DNA of 64,000 bases from contig CBDCWP010000042.1 of the NCBI GenBank assembly GCA_965223505.1, positions 1 to 64,000 of the forward strand. The letters are read 5' to 3'. Position 1 is the first letter of the stretch, and each line of letters begins with the position of its first letter. Below are positions 29,561 through 40,922 of this stretch, piece by piece. The notes beneath the pieces were generated by a model. It was not told the DNA's origin and ran no database searches. It was given only the letters and a program-made list of their open reading frames with translations. The DNA comes from Planctomycetota bacterium. Its GTDB lineage: Bacteria; Planctomycetota; PLA2; JAEUHO01. The position numbers were made by a program, and so were the translations under genes.

Positions 29561-32500
29561 ATGCGTCGACTCGTCCTGCTGCCCTTCGCCTGTCTCCTGC
29601 TCCTCCCGATCTTCCCCGCCGAGCGCTCCGACGCCCGCAGCTTGGCCGACGACGGCCGGGTCGCCACCGTGATGGAAGTGCAGGGCACGGCGCTCGTGCG
29701 CCCTGCGGGACGCGGTCGCTGGAGCCCGCTCGGACCCAAGTCCCTGCTGCTGCCGGGCGACCTGGTGCGCACGGACGCGCGCGGCGCGCACGCCCTCGAG
29801 ATCCAGATGACGAAGGGGCAGCGCCTGGTCATCGGCCCGGGCACCGTGGTGGAGCTGCCGGCCGAAGGCGGCATTCGACTCCTGCGCGGCGTGCTCGAAG
29901 CCAAGGGCGGCGACGCGCCCGTGCCGGTCACGGGACCCGGCGCCTACAAGCAGGACATCAAGGGCACGGCCTGGCTGCAGACGCGCGGAAAGACGACGCG
30001 CACACTCGAAGAGCAACCGAAGTGGCTCGAGGGCTATCGCGCGTCGGCGAGCGACGAGTGGATGGGGTCGCTGCTCGCGAACGTCGACGGCAAGAGCGTC
30101 CCGCTCGCGGTCGGCTATCACAAGGTCAACGTCGACATCAAGGACCAGATCGCGCGGACGACGGTCGAGCAGTCCTTCATCAACACGACCGACGTTCGCC
30201 TGGAGGGCATCTTCTACTTCCCGCTGCCCGCCGACGCGTCGATCAGTGGTTTCGGCATGTGGATCGGCGGCGAGCTGGTCGAAGCCGACATCGTCGAGAA
30301 GCAGCGCGCGCGGCAGATCTACGAAGACATCCTGCGGCGCAAGAAGGACCCCGGCCTGCTCGAGTGGGAAGGCGGCAACCTCTTCAAGGCGCGCGTGTTC
30401 CCCATCGAGGCGCACTCGGAGAAGCGCGTCCGCATTCGCTACACGCAAGTGCTCCCGCTCGAAGGATCGACCTACCGCTATCGCTACGCGTTGCGGAGCG
30501 AGCTCCTGCGCACCAAGCCGCTGCGCGAGCTGCAGCTGCTCGTTCGCATCGTGTCGGAAACGCCGCTCGGCGAGGTCGCGTCCCCCACCCACGAGTGCCG
30601 GATCAACCAGACCGGCCACGAAGCCGAGGTGGAGTTCACCGCGCAGCAGTACAGCCCCGAACAGGACTTCGAGCTCGCGGTAGCCGTCAAGGGTCGGCAG
30701 GACCTCGTCGCGCTCCCCCACCGGCGTGGCGAAGACGGGTACTTCATGTTGCAGCTCACGCCACCGGACGCATCGGACGCCGGCTGGCAACGCGAGCTGC
30801 TTCCCGAAGGCGAGCCGCTCGACCTGCTGCTGATCGCCGACACGTCCGGGTCGATGGACGCGGCCGCGCGCGCGAACCAGGAGAAGTTCCTCAGCAGCAC
30901 GCTCAGCCTGCTCGGTGAGAAGGACACGTTTCGTCTGATGGTCTGCGACGCTGAGGCCGCGTGGATCGAGTCGGAGCGCTTGCCGGCGACGGACGCGACC
31001 GTGGACGGCGCCCTCGACAAGCTGGCGACGCGCCGCTCGCTCGGATGGACCGACATCGACCTGGCGCTCGACACGGCGCTGACCGCCGCCGACGAGAAGA
31101 CGACCGTGCTCTACGTCGGCGACGGCATCGGTACGACGGGCGACGCGGATCCGGTCGCGCTGGCCGAGCGCATCCGCGCGCGCGGCGCGAAGAGCGAGGC
31201 GGTCGTTCACGCGATCGCCGTGAGCTCGAAGTACGAAGCGCCGGTGCTCGCGGCGCTCGCCCGCATCGGCGGCGGCTCGGTGCGCTCGGTCGGCGCGGAT
31301 CCGGTCGGCGCCGCGTACCAGGTGCTGAGCGAAGCGGCGCGTCCGGTCGTCAAGGATCTGAAGGTGCGCATCGACGGCATCCGCACGGCGCGCGTCTACC
31401 CCGAGGTCCTGCCGAACCTGCCGCTGGGTGCGCAGCAGGTCGTGCTCGGCCGCTTCCTGCCGGGGGACCAGCCGCAGTCCGGCACCGTCACGATGAGCGG
31501 GCTGCTCGACGGCAAGCCCGTGCAGTACACCGCGAAGCTCTCGATCCCCGCGGCCGACGTCGGCAACTCGTTCCTGCCGCGGCTTTGGGCGCGGCGCCAC
31601 CTCGACGCGCTGCTCGCGGGCGGCAACACGCCCGAGATTCGCGAGGAGATCATCAGCTTCAGCGAGCGCTTCGGGATCATGACGCCCTACACGTCGTTCC
31701 TCGTGCTCGAGAGCGACGAAGACCGCGAACGCTACGGCGTGGCGCGCCGCGTGCGCATGCGCGACGGCGAGCGCTTCTTCGCGGACGCGCGCGACCGCGC
31801 CACGCTCGAGATCACGCGCCAGTCGGTGAAGAACGCCGCCCGTTGGCGGCAGGAGCTGCGCCGCGGCATGCTGCGCGAGATCGCCGACCTCGGGCGCAGC
31901 CTGCCGATCGCCGAGCCGACGCCGCGATTCGCGGGCCAGGAGATCAACCTCGGGGACGGGCCCTGGGACGCCGACGAGGTGACCGCCGAGACGATCGGTA
32001 TCGGCGGCGGCGCCGGCGGCTCGTTCGGCGGACGCGGCGGCGGCCGCGCCGGAAGTCGTGGACGCAGTCTCGGCTCCAACTTGGAGGACCTCGAGAAGAA
32101 GAGCGAGGATGCGTGGGGCGCCGACGACGCCGAGGATCGCCAGCGTGGGGAACCGAATTCCATGCCGGCGCGCGACGGTCTGGAGCAGCCCAGCGCGGGT
32201 GGTCCGAAACCGAAGTCCAGGGCCGCGTCGCCGGCCGAGTCGCCCGCGAACGAGCTCGACAGCATCGAAGAGTTCGAGGAGGAGCTCGCGGACAAGCGCT
32301 TCGACCGGGAGGCTCGGCGCAGTCGGAGCAAGGGTTACATGGGCCGGCCCGAGAACGTCTACGGCGGCGGTATGTCGCTCCAGCAGTTCGGCGGCAGGCT
32401 CGTGTATCCGCGGCCGCCGCACGTATTGACCCTGTCCAACCTCGGCTTCCCGCACATTCCCGAGCCGCCGAAGAAGGACGACGACGAAACGCCGGATCCC

Positions 32501-35500
32501 GACTTCGACCCCGCGATCGCGAAACTCTTCAGCGAGCTCTGGATGCGCCCGAAGCTCGGTGAGCTCGGCAAGGCGCTGCACCTGACCTCGCTCAGCGAAT
32601 CGCTGCACACGACGCGGCAATCCGTGACGGGCTTCTCGCAGGCCGAGCTCCGGCTCGCGCCCTCCGCCTGGGTCTTCGAAACGGCGGGCTTGCACGCGCA
32701 GCCCGCCGCGCAGTGGGTGCACGCCGGCAAGCGCGCCGGGCTGGCCAAGGGCAAGCGGCTCGCCCGCTCGCGCGACGCCGAACCCGAAGATGCGCGCGCG
32801 TGGCACTTCCCGCTCTGGAACCTGCACGTGCAGCCGTTGGCGAAGTCGTGGCGCGGTTGGCGCGGCACCCTGGTTCGGGGCGAGGACGGGATGGTCGAGA
32901 TCCACCTCCGTCGCATCGACGCGCCGGACGACATCGCCATCCTCGTGATCGACGAGAGCCGCAAGGTGCTGCTCGAGCAGCGACGCGTTCACGACGGCAA
33001 GGTGACCGGTCGAACCACGTATGACGACTACGTGCAGATCGCCGGTCTCTGGTGGCCGCGGCGCGTCGAGACCCGCGACGACGACGACGCCGTCACGCAG
33101 CGCCGTACGTTGACGGTCGAGGAGATCGAGGTCGAAAACGTCGCCGAGAACGCGACGCGGCTGACCGCGAGCCTGTCGGACGCGATCGTGGTCGACGGAA
33201 AGCTGCCGACGATCACAGAGTCGAAGGAGCGCGTACACGAGCGCAAGGCGGGATTCATCGAGCTGTTGACACTGGCGCTTCATCACGCCGCGACACAGCA
33301 GTGGGACCCGACCTGGGAGCGCTGGGACGCCGCGGAGGCGCTCGAGGCCAAGAAGATCGGGAGCCGCTGGATCCGCGCGAGCTTCATGCACCGCGCGCGC
33401 ATCGGCGAAGCGTTCAAGCAGCACGTCCAGTCGATGGTGGCGCCCGTCGTGGCGACGTCGGGGCTCGAGGGCGCGTACGCCGCCCCGGAGCTCTACGGCG
33501 TCGCGTCCCGGGTGCTCGGACCGAACGAGCGCCTCGACCTGCTCACCGAGCTCAAGACGGGCTGGATCGAGGCCGGCGTGACCGGCGCGGAGCTGCGGGA
33601 GAAGCGCTGGCACTGGGCCATGGTGAACGCGCTCCAAGGCATCGACGATCAGGCCGGCGCGCGCGCGCTCGTCGCGACGATGTTCGAGCGCTGGCCGACG
33701 GACCTGGACATCGTCCTGCGGTTCGAAGCCGATCGCTTCAACGTGGGCCACCGCGACGACGCCGTCGCGACCCTGGCGACGTCCGTTTCGCAACGCGAGC
33801 CGTGGACCGACCGGGAACGCCACTCGCTTTACGTGCGCTACACCGACCGGCTCTGGGCGCTGCGACGTCTGGACAAGCTGGCCGCCGTCCTCGACGAGTG
33901 GGTCAAGCGCCGGCCGGAGTACTCCGCGCCCTATCAACGGCGGATCGCCACCCGCTACCTGCGCGGCGACACCGACGCGGGCGATGCGCACGTCGAGCGG
34001 ATCCTGACGTCGAGCTTCGGCGCCGACGCACAGGAAGACGTGTGGGCGGAGCTCTCGGCCGCCATCATGGTCGCGCTCGGCGACGGATGGGCCTTCCGGG
34101 TCAGCCACGTCGATTCGAGGTGGCATGCGCCGCTGCGCGACGTCGTCCTGCGCCTCGCGCGCATGGACCTGGACCGGCGACGCTCCGACGCAGACCGCAT
34201 CATGCGCGAGTATCGCTTCCGACGCACCGACGCGTACAAGCAGGTGCATGCCGCGCTGCGCGAAGACCTCGCGGCCGACGGCGCCGTCGAATCGATGGCC
34301 CGCAACCGGCTGGGGTGGTACGTGCGCCAGCTGTCCTGGCACCGCAACAACGTCGACCAGGACGTGTTCGATTCGATGGTCGCCCGATTGACGACGCGCT
34401 GGGAGAAGACGGAGGACCGGCACGAGATCGACGCCGCGGCGGCCAACGTGCTGCACGTGCTCGATCAACACGGCGACAAGGACGCGGCGATCGTGTTCGT
34501 TCGCAAGCGTCTCGAGCGCGAGCCCGACGACCGCAAGCACACGATCGCCCGCGACCTGGTCAACCGCCTCGTCGCCGGCAAGCACAGCGAAGCCGTCGAG
34601 GCCGAGCTGTTCTCGTTGCTGCAATACCTGCCCGCGCCCGAAGACGGCGAGGAGATGATCCGCAGTCGTCTCGCGAAGGCCGTGCGTAGCATCGGCGACC
34701 GGCTGTACCGCTGGCGCTACGAGAAGGCGCTGGGCACGCCCGAGGAGCGCAAGGCGCTCACCCGTGCCGAGCAGAAGTTGCGCCGCAAGGAGTCGCGCGC
34801 GACCGCGCGCCGCGAGCTCGTGACCGTGCTCGCCGCCGCGACGCCGTCCGTGCCGGAGCCGGCTCGCCCCTGGATGGACATCGAGCGGCTCTGTTACGCG
34901 ATCGAGGCCGGCGACGACATTCCGGCGGTCGCGACGGAAGCGCGCGGGGTCCTGCGCGCCGACTGGGAGCCGAACGGCAACCCGCTCGACCGCGTCCTGC
35001 GCGAGCGCGCGGCGGCCGTCCTCGCGTACGGCTGCACGCGGCGCAACGCGCCGGAGACGCTGCCGCAGGAGGTGCTCGGCGACTTCAGCCTCGCCTTGAC
35101 CGCGCAAGCGGAGGTTCTCGTGAACGACGAGAAAGCCGTGGAGCTGATGGACTGGCACTACCAGATCTACCGGCTGCTGATCGCGCTCGACCGCCCGGAC
35201 GATCTCGAGAAGCGGCTGACGAGCTGGATCATCCCCGCCAAGGTCGAGAGCCGCTGGCGCATCGCGCTCGGCTACCTCTACGCCGAGACGAGCCGTCTCG
35301 CGCCCGCCGCCGAGCAGTTCGAGACCGTGCGGGCGCAGGACGAGCTCGGCGCCGCCCAGTACGAAGCGCTTGCGACCTGGTATCTCGTGCTCGACGACGA
35401 TGCGCGCCGCAACGCCGCGCTGCTCGGGCGCTATCAGTCGATGGGCGAATGGCAGCTCGGCAACCTGCTGTACGAGCACCAGCGCAAGGTCGCGCCGCGC

Positions 35501-38188
35501 CGCCGCGGCGGCATGCCGGAAGACCTCGACCCCGAGGCGCTGCTCGTCATGCAGGCGCTCATGCGCAAGTCGTCGTACCCGGGCAATCAGCTGTACCGCG
35601 TGCGCAACATCTACCGCGCCGTCAAGGACCACCGCCTGTTGGAGAGCATGGTCGACGGTCTGCCGGGCCACACGAAGGAAGGCATCTACAGCTTCTTGCG
35701 TTCGGCGCAGACCATCACGAACGAAATTCACGAAGAAGCGACGTGCGATGCGCTGGTCGCGCGGATCGAGGCGGTCGCCGCCGAGTCCGACAGCCCGCTG
35801 GACCGCCGTGCCCTCATGTTGTTCCGGGCGGCCGTCGAGCACCGCGCCGCACAGGTGCAGGACGCGGACCCGGTCCACGCCGATCGCGCGTACGAGGCGC
35901 TACGCGGCGCGCTCGACAACGAGTGGCAGCCGGGCGAAAAGCGCTTGCTGGCCCAATACCTGAGCGGCTTGCGCTTCCCCCAGGCGGGACGTCTGGAGAC
36001 CGTGCAGATGTCGCACTTCCAGGCGATGTACCGCGGTGAGCCGGCCGACTCGAAGCAGCGCTTCTGGATCGCCTTCTACCACGCGCAGGCGGAGTGGGGC
36101 TACGGACGCGGTGATCGCGCCATCGACCGGCTCACGACGGCGCTGGACGACGAACGCGAGCGTGCCGGTCTCGGGTGGCTTCCCCACGAGGCCAACCACG
36201 GCTTCCAGACGTTGGTCAGCTGGCACACGCAGCGCTCGCAGTTCCTCCGCGCGGAGCGGTTGATCCTCGAAGAGCGCGCGCGCCGCAAGCTGCCGATCCA
36301 CGTCGAGCAGCTCGACGGCCAGCTCTACAACGTCTACATCCAGGCGCTTCGCAAGGGCGGCAGCGTGTCCCTCGGGCGCGGGAATGCGCTGTTCGACGCC
36401 GCGACGAGTCAGCTCGCGGCCGTGCTGCAGCGCGCCCCGTTCCGCATGAACCAGCTCTTCTCGACGTACTGCCAGCTGCACCAGACCGACCGCGGTCGTC
36501 CGATCGTGAACGGCGCCGACGACCGGCTGCACGCCTACGGCAAGCAGACGCTCCCGGGCCTTCTCGAGCGGCTTCCGCTGCAGGCGACGAACCTCGCGGG
36601 CACGATGGCGGGCGCGCTCAGGCGTCTGACCGGCCCGCGCTCGGGAATCCGGTATCTGCTGGACCGCCGCGACATCGAGCCGACGTGGCTCCGGCGCATC
36701 AGCTACGACGTCTGGTATCGCCACAACCGCTCGCTCGCGCAGTGGCGCTACGACGCGGGCAATCTCGGTGACCTCGAGCCGCGCCTGTTGAAGGTCGTGA
36801 TCGCGGCGCTGGAGCGGCGTCTGGAGACCGGGTCGAGCCGCGGCGGCTACTTCTGGAACCGGAACAACAAGTGGTACTGGGGCGCACAGGCGACCGAGTT
36901 CGCCGCGACCGCCACACGCATTCTGGAGCGGCACGAATCGTCGCCGGCGATCATCTGGCGCGTCGCCCACTTCCAGCGCAACGATCTGGGGCTGCGGCGT
37001 GAAGCCGTCGCCACACTCATGGCCGCACACAAGCGGGAGCTCCTCGACATCAATCGGCGCTGGACGCTCGGCAGCTGGCTGCGCGACGACAAGCGCTTCG
37101 AAGAGGCGCTTCCGATCGCGTTGGCCTTGCGCGAGGAGAAGCCGCGGTCCCTGCCGTACCGGCAGCTCGTGATCGACGCGTACGGCGGGCTGGACCTGAA
37201 GAAGGAGGCGCTCGCCGCGCTGCTCGACACCGAGACCACCTTCCGCGAGCTGAAGATCTGGACCGAATCGGCCGCTGCCGGTCTGGCCCAGCAGGCCGTC
37301 ACGTACCGCTTCGCCGAGCACGGCGTGCGGCTGTACGAAGAGGCGATTCGCCTGCGCACGGACACCCGTGGTTATCGAGGCGGCCGCGACAACACGATCG
37401 CGAACTACAACTTGCACCTCGCCAAGGGTCGCGCGCAGCTCGGACGCATCGAAGAGGCGGTGCAGGCCGCATCGGCCGCGCTGGTCGCCATCGACCGTTC
37501 GCAGCGAAGCCAGGACCGCGCCCTCGGGGCGCTGCGAGAGGTGCTGCGCGAAGCCGAGGACCTGAGCGCCTACGTCGCGACGTACGACGCGGAGGTCGCG
37601 AAGACGGGGCTCGATGCACCGCTCCTGCGCCGTGAGCTGGGCGCCATCTTCCTGGACAAGGAGGAATACGACGCAGCGGTCACGCAGCTGCGCGCCGCCC
37701 GAGAGCTCGACGGCACGGACGCGAGGGTTCACCAGCTGCTGGTGAAGGCCTACGACGGCAAGAACGACGCCGAGGGCGCCATCGACGCGCTGTTCGGATC
37801 GATCCGCATGTCGCCGCACAACCTGGACGCGTACGAATCGCTGGCGGGGCGATACGAGCGCACCAACCCGGGTGCGAGCGACGTCGAGCGCGCGCTCACG
37901 ACCATGGTCGAGAACACGCCGCACGACGCGGACGGGCACCGCAAGCTCGCGCAGATTCGCGAGACGCAGGGACGTCTGGAGGACGCGGTCGTTCAGTGGG
38001 AGCAGGTCGTGCGCACGCGCAGCCTGGAACCCGACGGCTACCTCGCGCTGGTGCGCCTCCTGATCCGGCTCGAACGCACGGACGAGGCCCGCAAGCACAT
38101 CCGGCATCTCATGACGTCGAAGTGGGAACAGCGCTTCGGGGACGTCGCGGCGAAGGCGAGCGCGCTGCTCGAGACCATCAACAACTGA
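29561..38188 (+). CDS. Giant (2875 aa) secreted FecR-like / VIT / vWA / TPR protein
   Basis: Signal peptide; FecR-like [17 protein letters not shown] domain ([27 protein letters not shown]); vWA DTSGSM; WARR...[10 protein letters not shown]; long helical/TPR C-terminus. Confidence 0.88.
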   Translation: MRRLVLLPFACLLLLPIFPAERSDARSLADDGRVATVMEVQGTALVRPAGRGRWSPLGPKSLLLPGDLVRTDARGAHALEIQMTKGQRLVIGPGTVVELPAEGGIRLLRGVLEAKGGDAPVPVTGPGAYKQDIKGTAWLQTRGKTTRTLEEQPKWLEGYRASASDEWMGSLLANVDGKSVPLAVGYHKVNVDIKDQIARTTVEQSFINTTDVRLEGIFYFPLPADASISGFGMWIGGELVEADIVEKQRARQIYEDILRRKKDPGLLEWEGGNLFKARVFPIEAHSEKRVRIRYTQVLPLEGSTYRYRYALRSELLRTKPLRELQLLVRIVSETPLGEVASPTHECRINQTGHEAEVEFTAQQYSPEQDFELAVAVKGRQDLVALPHRRGEDGYFMLQLTPPDASDAGWQRELLPEGEPLDLLLIADTSGSMDAAARANQEKFLSSTLSLLGEKDTFRLMVCDAEAAWIESERLPATDATVDGALDKLATRRSLGWTDIDLALDTALTAADEKTTVLYVGDGIGTTGDADPVALAERIRARGAKSEAVVHAIAVSSKYEAPVLAALARIGGGSVRSVGADPVGAAYQVLSEAARPVVKDLKVRIDGIRTARVYPEVLPNLPLGAQQVVLGRFLPGDQPQSGTVTMSGLLDGKPVQYTAKLSIPAADVGNSFLPRLWARRHLDALLAGGNTPEIREEIISFSERFGIMTPYTSFLVLESDEDRERYGVARRVRMRDGERFFADARDRATLEITRQSVKNAARWRQELRRGMLREIADLGRSLPIAEPTPRFAGQEINLGDGPWDADEVTAETIGIGGGAGGSFGGRGGGRAGSRGRSLGSNLEDLEKKSEDAWGADDAEDRQRGEPNSMPARDGLEQPSAGGPKPKSRAASPAESPANELDSIEEFEEELADKRFDREARRSRSKGYMGRPENVYGGGMSLQQFGGRLVYPRPPHVLTLSNLGFPHIPEPPKKDDDETPDPDFDPAIAKLFSELWMRPKLGELGKALHLTSLSESLHTTRQSVTGFSQAELRLAPSAWVFETAGLHAQPAAQWVHAGKRAGLAKGKRLARSRDAEPEDARAWHFPLWNLHVQPLAKSWRGWRGTLVRGEDGMVEIHLRRIDAPDDIAILVIDESRKVLLEQRRVHDGKVTGRTTYDDYVQIAGLWWPRRVETRDDDDAVTQRRTLTVEEIEVENVAENATRLTASLSDAIVVDGKLPTITESKERVHERKAGFIELLTLALHHAATQQWDPTWERWDAAEALEAKKIGSRWIRASFMHRARIGEAFKQHVQSMVAPVVATSGLEGAYAAPELYGVASRVLGPNERLDLLTELKTGWIEAGVTGAELREKRWHWAMVNALQGIDDQAGARALVATMFERWPTDLDIVLRFEADRFNVGHRDDAVATLATSVSQREPWTDRERHSLYVRYTDRLWALRRLDKLAAVLDEWVKRRPEYSAPYQRRIATRYLRGDTDAGDAHVERILTSSFGADAQEDVWAELSAAIMVALGDGWAFRVSHVDSRWHAPLRDVVLRLARMDLDRRRSDADRIMREYRFRRTDAYKQVHAALREDLAADGAVESMARNRLGWYVRQLSWHRNNVDQDVFDSMVARLTTRWEKTEDRHEIDAAAANVLHVLDQHGDKDAAIVFVRKRLEREPDDRKHTIARDLVNRLVAGKHSEAVEAELFSLLQYLPAPEDGEEMIRSRLAKAVRSIGDRLYRWRYEKALGTPEERKALTRAEQKLRRKESRATARRELVTVLAAATPSVPEPARPWMDIERLCYAIEAGDDIPAVATEARGVLRADWEPNGNPLDRVLRERAAAVLAYGCTRRNAPETLPQEVLGDFSLALTAQAEVLVNDEKAVELMDWHYQIYRLLIALDRPDDLEKRLTSWIIPAKVESRWRIALGYLYAETSRLAPAAEQFETVRAQDELGAAQYEALATWYLVLDDDARRNAALLGRYQSMGEWQLGNLLYEHQRKVAPRRRGGMPEDLDPEALLVMQALMRKSSYPGNQLYRVRNIYRAVKDHRLLESMVDGLPGHTKEGIYSFLRSAQTITNEIHEEATCDALVARIEAVAAESDSPLDRRALMLFRAAVEHRAAQVQDADPVHADRAYEALRGALDNEWQPGEKRLLAQYLSGLRFPQAGRLETVQMSHFQAMYRGEPADSKQRFWIAFYHAQAEWGYGRGDRAIDRLTTALDDERERAGLGWLPHEANHGFQTLVSWHTQRSQFLRAERLILEERARRKLPIHVEQLDGQLYNVYIQALRKGGSVSLGRGNALFDAATSQLAAVLQRAPFRMNQLFSTYCQLHQTDRGRPIVNGADDRLHAYGKQTLPGLLERLPLQATNLAGTMAGALRRLTGPRSGIRYLLDRRDIEPTWLRRISYDVWYRHNRSLAQWRYDAGNLGDLEPRLLKVVIAALERRLETGSSRGGYFWNRNNKWYWGAQATEFAATATRILERHESSPAIIWRVAHFQRNDLGLRREAVATLMAAHKRELLDINRRWTLGSWLRDDKRFEEALPIALALREEKPRSLPYRQLVIDAYGGLDLKKEALAALLDTETTFRELKIWTESAAAGLAQQAVTYRFAEHGVRLYEEAIRLRTDTRGYRGGRDNTIANYNLHLAKGRAQLGRIEEAVQAASAALVAIDRSQRSQDRALGALREVLREAEDLSAYVATYDAEVAKTGLDAPLLRRELGAIFLDKEEYDAAVTQLRAARELDGTDARVHQLLVKAYDGKNDAEGAIDALFGSIRMSPHNLDAYESLAGRYERTNPGASDVERALTTMVENTPHDADGHRKLAQIRETQGRLEDAVVQWEQVVRTRSLEPDGYLALVRLLIRLERTDEARKHIRHLMTSKWEQRFGDVAAKASALLETINN

Positions 38189-38268
38189 TCGGCGCCGAAA
38201 CAGGGGACTGACAGCCGTGAACGGCTCGCTGTTGACGCGCGCCATCGATCCCAGCCACCATTTCCGCC

Positions 38269-38574
38269 ATGCCGGAAGCGCCGGTCCAAACCCCCGAGGC
38301 CGAAACCTCGGAGCACACCGAGCTCGCGCCGCAGTGGAAGGTCTTGCTGCTCAACGACGACGTCACGACCGTCGAGTTCGTGATCTGGCTGCTCAAGAAG
38401 GTCTTCCACAAGCCGCACACCGAGGCCGTTCGGCTGACGTGGGAGGTGCACGACACCGGCGCCGCGCTGATCACGGTCACGAACCTCGAGCGGGCCGAGC
38501 TGTACGTCGAGCAGGTTCGTTCGCTGGCACGGCCGCGCGGCTTCCCGCTCACGGCGACGATCGAACCGGCGTGA
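38269..38574 (+). CDS. clpS: ATP-dependent Clp protease adaptor ClpS
   Basis: WKVLLLNDDVTTVEFV...VHDTG...FPL.ATIEP. Confidence 0.95.
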   Translation: MPEAPVQTPEAETSEHTELAPQWKVLLLNDDVTTVEFVIWLLKKVFHKPHTEAVRLTWEVHDTGAALITVTNLERAELYVEQVRSLARPRGFPLTATIEPA

Positions 38575-38697
38575 CGCGCGCGAACTGAATACGAATTCAC
38601 CGGTGACGATCGCGGAAAAGAACTCTGGCATCCCGCGGATCGGCCTTGCACAATTGTCGCGACGACCTCGGGAGGGACGTCGGCGGGAGGGTTGTTC

Positions 38698-38976
38698 GTG
38701 ACGGGACCGATCTCAGGGCATCGGCGCCGCTGGCGCGCCCAGCTCATCCTCTACATCGCGCTGGCATTCGTACTGGGTCTCACCGCCTGCAGCACGCGCG
38801 CGTCCTGCACCGAGGTCTTCGACTGCGACAGCTGCTGCTGGCCGCGGGGTCAGATCGGTCCGTTCCTGCCGTGCCTGTGCGAGGACTACGTCGAAGACCC
38901 GTGCCGTTGCTTCCCCGAGAAGAACCCGCCCATCAAGGCCTACGACGCTCCGGTGCCGGGCAAGTCGATCAGCTGA
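38698..38976 (+). CDS. Small Cys-rich lipoprotein A
   Basis: GGGAGG RBS; basic N-region, hydrophobic core, lipobox LTAC; 9 Cys in total; strong codon bias. Confidence 0.7.
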   Translation: MTGPISGHRRRWRAQLILYIALAFVLGLTACSTRASCTEVFDCDSCCWPRGQIGPFLPCLCEDYVEDPCRCFPEKNPPIKAYDAPVPGKSIS

Positions 38977-39173
38977 CCCCATCGCCGGGTCGGCGCGTGT
39001 CCCCCTGGCAGTCGCCCGTCGTGTCACCGTTGTGCCACGACCGCACCCACTCGGGCTTCACGGCGTGCTCAAGGCGCGCACTTTTGAACCCGATCCCACA
39101 TGAAGAATCCCCCGCCCCACGGGGCGAACTCGTATGCTACGAACTCGCACGTAGGGCACGCGCGGAGGAACCC

Positions 39174-39479
39174 ATGAAGAACTTTGTCCTGCTCCTGGCC
39201 TTGGTCGGGCTGGCTTTCGCCGTCGGTGGCTGCTCGTCGAACATGGCGTGCGGCGGCATGTCGGCCAACTGCTGTCAGACCTGGGACTTCTACGAGAAGT
39301 GCGACCTGATCGAAGGCCGTCGCGCGATGTGCTGCGGCGCCGAGCTCGGCTGCGAGCCGGGTGTGATCGTCACGCGCGAGGTCCGGGCGCCTGCGGACGT
39401 CGAAGTCGTCATCGAAGACGAGGTCATCCAGGAGATGCCGGCGCCCGAGGTATCGACGCCGGACGCCTCCGACGGCTAG
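39174..39479 (+). CDS. Small Cys-rich lipoprotein B
   Basis: GGAGGA RBS; MKNFVLLLALVGLAFAVGGC signal; 8 Cys in total; acidic tail. Confidence 0.78.
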   Translation: MKNFVLLLALVGLAFAVGGCSSNMACGGMSANCCQTWDFYEKCDLIEGRRAMCCGAELGCEPGVIVTREVRAPADVEVVIEDEVIQEMPAPEVSTPDASDG

Positions 39480-39536
39480 CCACCGCTCGACATGCCACCG
39501 GTGGCGCGCGCCGCTGGATGCGACAATCGTGAATTG

Positions 39537-39575
39537 AACCGGGGCGCGGCCTTGCAAAGGGCCGCGCCCCGGTTT
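39537..39575. terminator. Strong intrinsic terminator-like hairpin between convergent genes
   Basis: Perfect 15-bp inverted repeat AACCGGGGCGCGGCC / GGCCGCGCCCCGGTT followed by T. Confidence 0.8.
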
Positions 39576-39590
39576 CGTGTCTGCTGGGTC

Positions 39591-40052
39591 CTACGCCGCC
39601 GCGACCGCAGCCCCTTCCTTGCCACGCGAGCGGCTGCGCCGCGCGATGAGCCACCGGAGGACGAACAGGCCCAATGCCGTTCCCGCCCCGCCGAGGCTGA
39701 CGAGCAACGTGAGTGACCGCAGGCGGTCCGTCTGGAACGTGTCTTCGCCCTTCGCGCGATCGACGAGCAACAGCGTCAGCGACTCGTCTTCCTTCGGCCG
39801 GACGATCTTGTCTTCGTCCGCGAAGATGACGGACGTGGGTTTGCCGAACGGCGTGCCGTACAGCTCCGCGACCGAGTAGCCTTCCGGATCGAGCGCGTAG
39901 AGGTCGCGCTTCGCGCCCAGCGAAGCTTCGTCACCCGGCTCCACGTACTGCACTTCGATGGCGGTGGATTCCAACGCCCACGCCACGGGCCACGCGAGCA
40001 CGGCGACCGCGACCGCGCCGATCGCCCCGACCTTGAGAAGACGCATGATCAT
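39591..40052 (-). CDS. Two-TM hypothetical protein
   Basis: N- and C-terminal hydrophobic helices; directly downstream of the YceI gene. Confidence 0.65.
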   Translation of the reverse strand: MIMRLLKVGAIGAVAVAVLAWPVAWALESTAIEVQYVEPGDEASLGAKRDLYALDPEGYSVAELYGTPFGKPTSVIFADEDKIVRPKEDESLTLLLVDRAKGEDTFQTDRLRSLTLLVSLGGAGTALGLFVLRWLIARRSRSRGKEGAAVAAA

Positions 40053-40069
40053 CGAATCCGCCCTTCGCC

Positions 40070-40711
40070 CTAGTTGCGTCGTGCCGGGCGGGCCGTGGTG
40101 CCGAACAGGTCGACCTTCACGTCCCACTCGTCGCTGACCTTGCCCTTCAGATCCTTGTCCACGTTCACGCCGTGGTCCGAGAGCTTGACCTTGAACGTCG
40201 CGCGCACGTGCACCCAGTCGCCGGCGCCAAGGCGGTTCTTCTCGGCGATCTCCTTCGGAATCGCGATGACGCGCCCCGTTCCCGAGACGTCCCGGACGAC
40301 GCCCTTGATCTTCAGCTTGCCCTTGTAGGACCAGGTCTTGCCGTCCTTGCCCTCGGTCGCGATCAAGTCGTCGAGCTCGATGTACGGGAACCTCGCCGCG
40401 TCGAGCCAGTCACTGCTCTGAAGATGCGTGTCGCGAAGCGGAATCCCCGTTTTGAGCGTGCGCACCCCCACCTTCAAGCTGCCGCTCGCCTTGGTCCCCG
40501 AGGCATCCACCGACACGCTGCCTTGAATGGCGTTGGAGGTGCCGTTGATGGTCTCGAAGTCCGCTTCGCTGACGAAGCTGATGTTGGTCCGTGCGGGGTG
40601 CGTTCCGAAGTGGAAGGTCTTCGACTTCAGCTTCTCGTTGCCGAGCGCGGGCGCCGCGAGCAACAGGAGAAGTGAAGATACGATCAAGAGGCCGAAGGCG
40701 GAAAAGCGCAT
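40070..40711 (-). CDS. YceI-family lipid/polyisoprenoid-binding protein
   Basis: Signal peptide; LKTGIPLRDTHLQSSDWLDAARFPYI; GKLKIKGV; F.VKLSDHG. Confidence 0.9.
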   Translation of the reverse strand: MRFSAFGLLIVSSLLLLLAAPALGNEKLKSKTFHFGTHPARTNISFVSEADFETINGTSNAIQGSVSVDASGTKASGSLKVGVRTLKTGIPLRDTHLQSSDWLDAARFPYIELDDLIATEGKDGKTWSYKGKLKIKGVVRDVSGTGRVIAIPKEIAEKNRLGAGDWVHVRATFKVKLSDHGVNVDKDLKGKVSDEWDVKVDLFGTTARPARRN

Positions 40712-40746
40712 GGTTTCGTGACTCCACTGGCTGGTTCATCGAGGTT

Positions 40747-40773
40747 GACGGCGTTGTCGCTCGTTCAGTTTCA
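40747..40773 (-). promoter_or_regulatory. ECF-type promoter candidate for the YceI gene
   Basis: TGAAAC-N17-CGTC on the minus strand, about 35 nt before the ATG. Confidence 0.4.
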
Positions 40774-40922
40774 AGAAAACCGCCGCGAGCCCCAGAACCT
40801 GGACACTCGAGCGCGCACGTCCTGCGTCGCCGACGTTCCAGACCGTGAACGTCGGCGTCGCCGCAGTTCGCCGGACTGCGGATGGCTTGCCGCGTCTCGG
40901 CGAATCGAGGAAACTCCGTCTC

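Noticed and set aside
38269..38574. clpS without an adjacent clpA
   Set aside because: Orphan clpS genes are common outside Proteobacteria.
38974..39060. Sec readthrough of other UGA stops (Cys-rich lipoprotein A, clpS, gcvT, radical SAM)
   Set aside because: These proteins appear complete at the stop, no conserved Cys is expected there, and downstream sequence is not coding-like or is the next gene.
39125..39147. Direct repeat CGAACTCG x2 and a near-sigma54 pattern upstream of Cys-rich lipoprotein B
   Set aside because: GG-to-GC spacing is 11 rather than 10, and two 8-mers are too little to call an operator.
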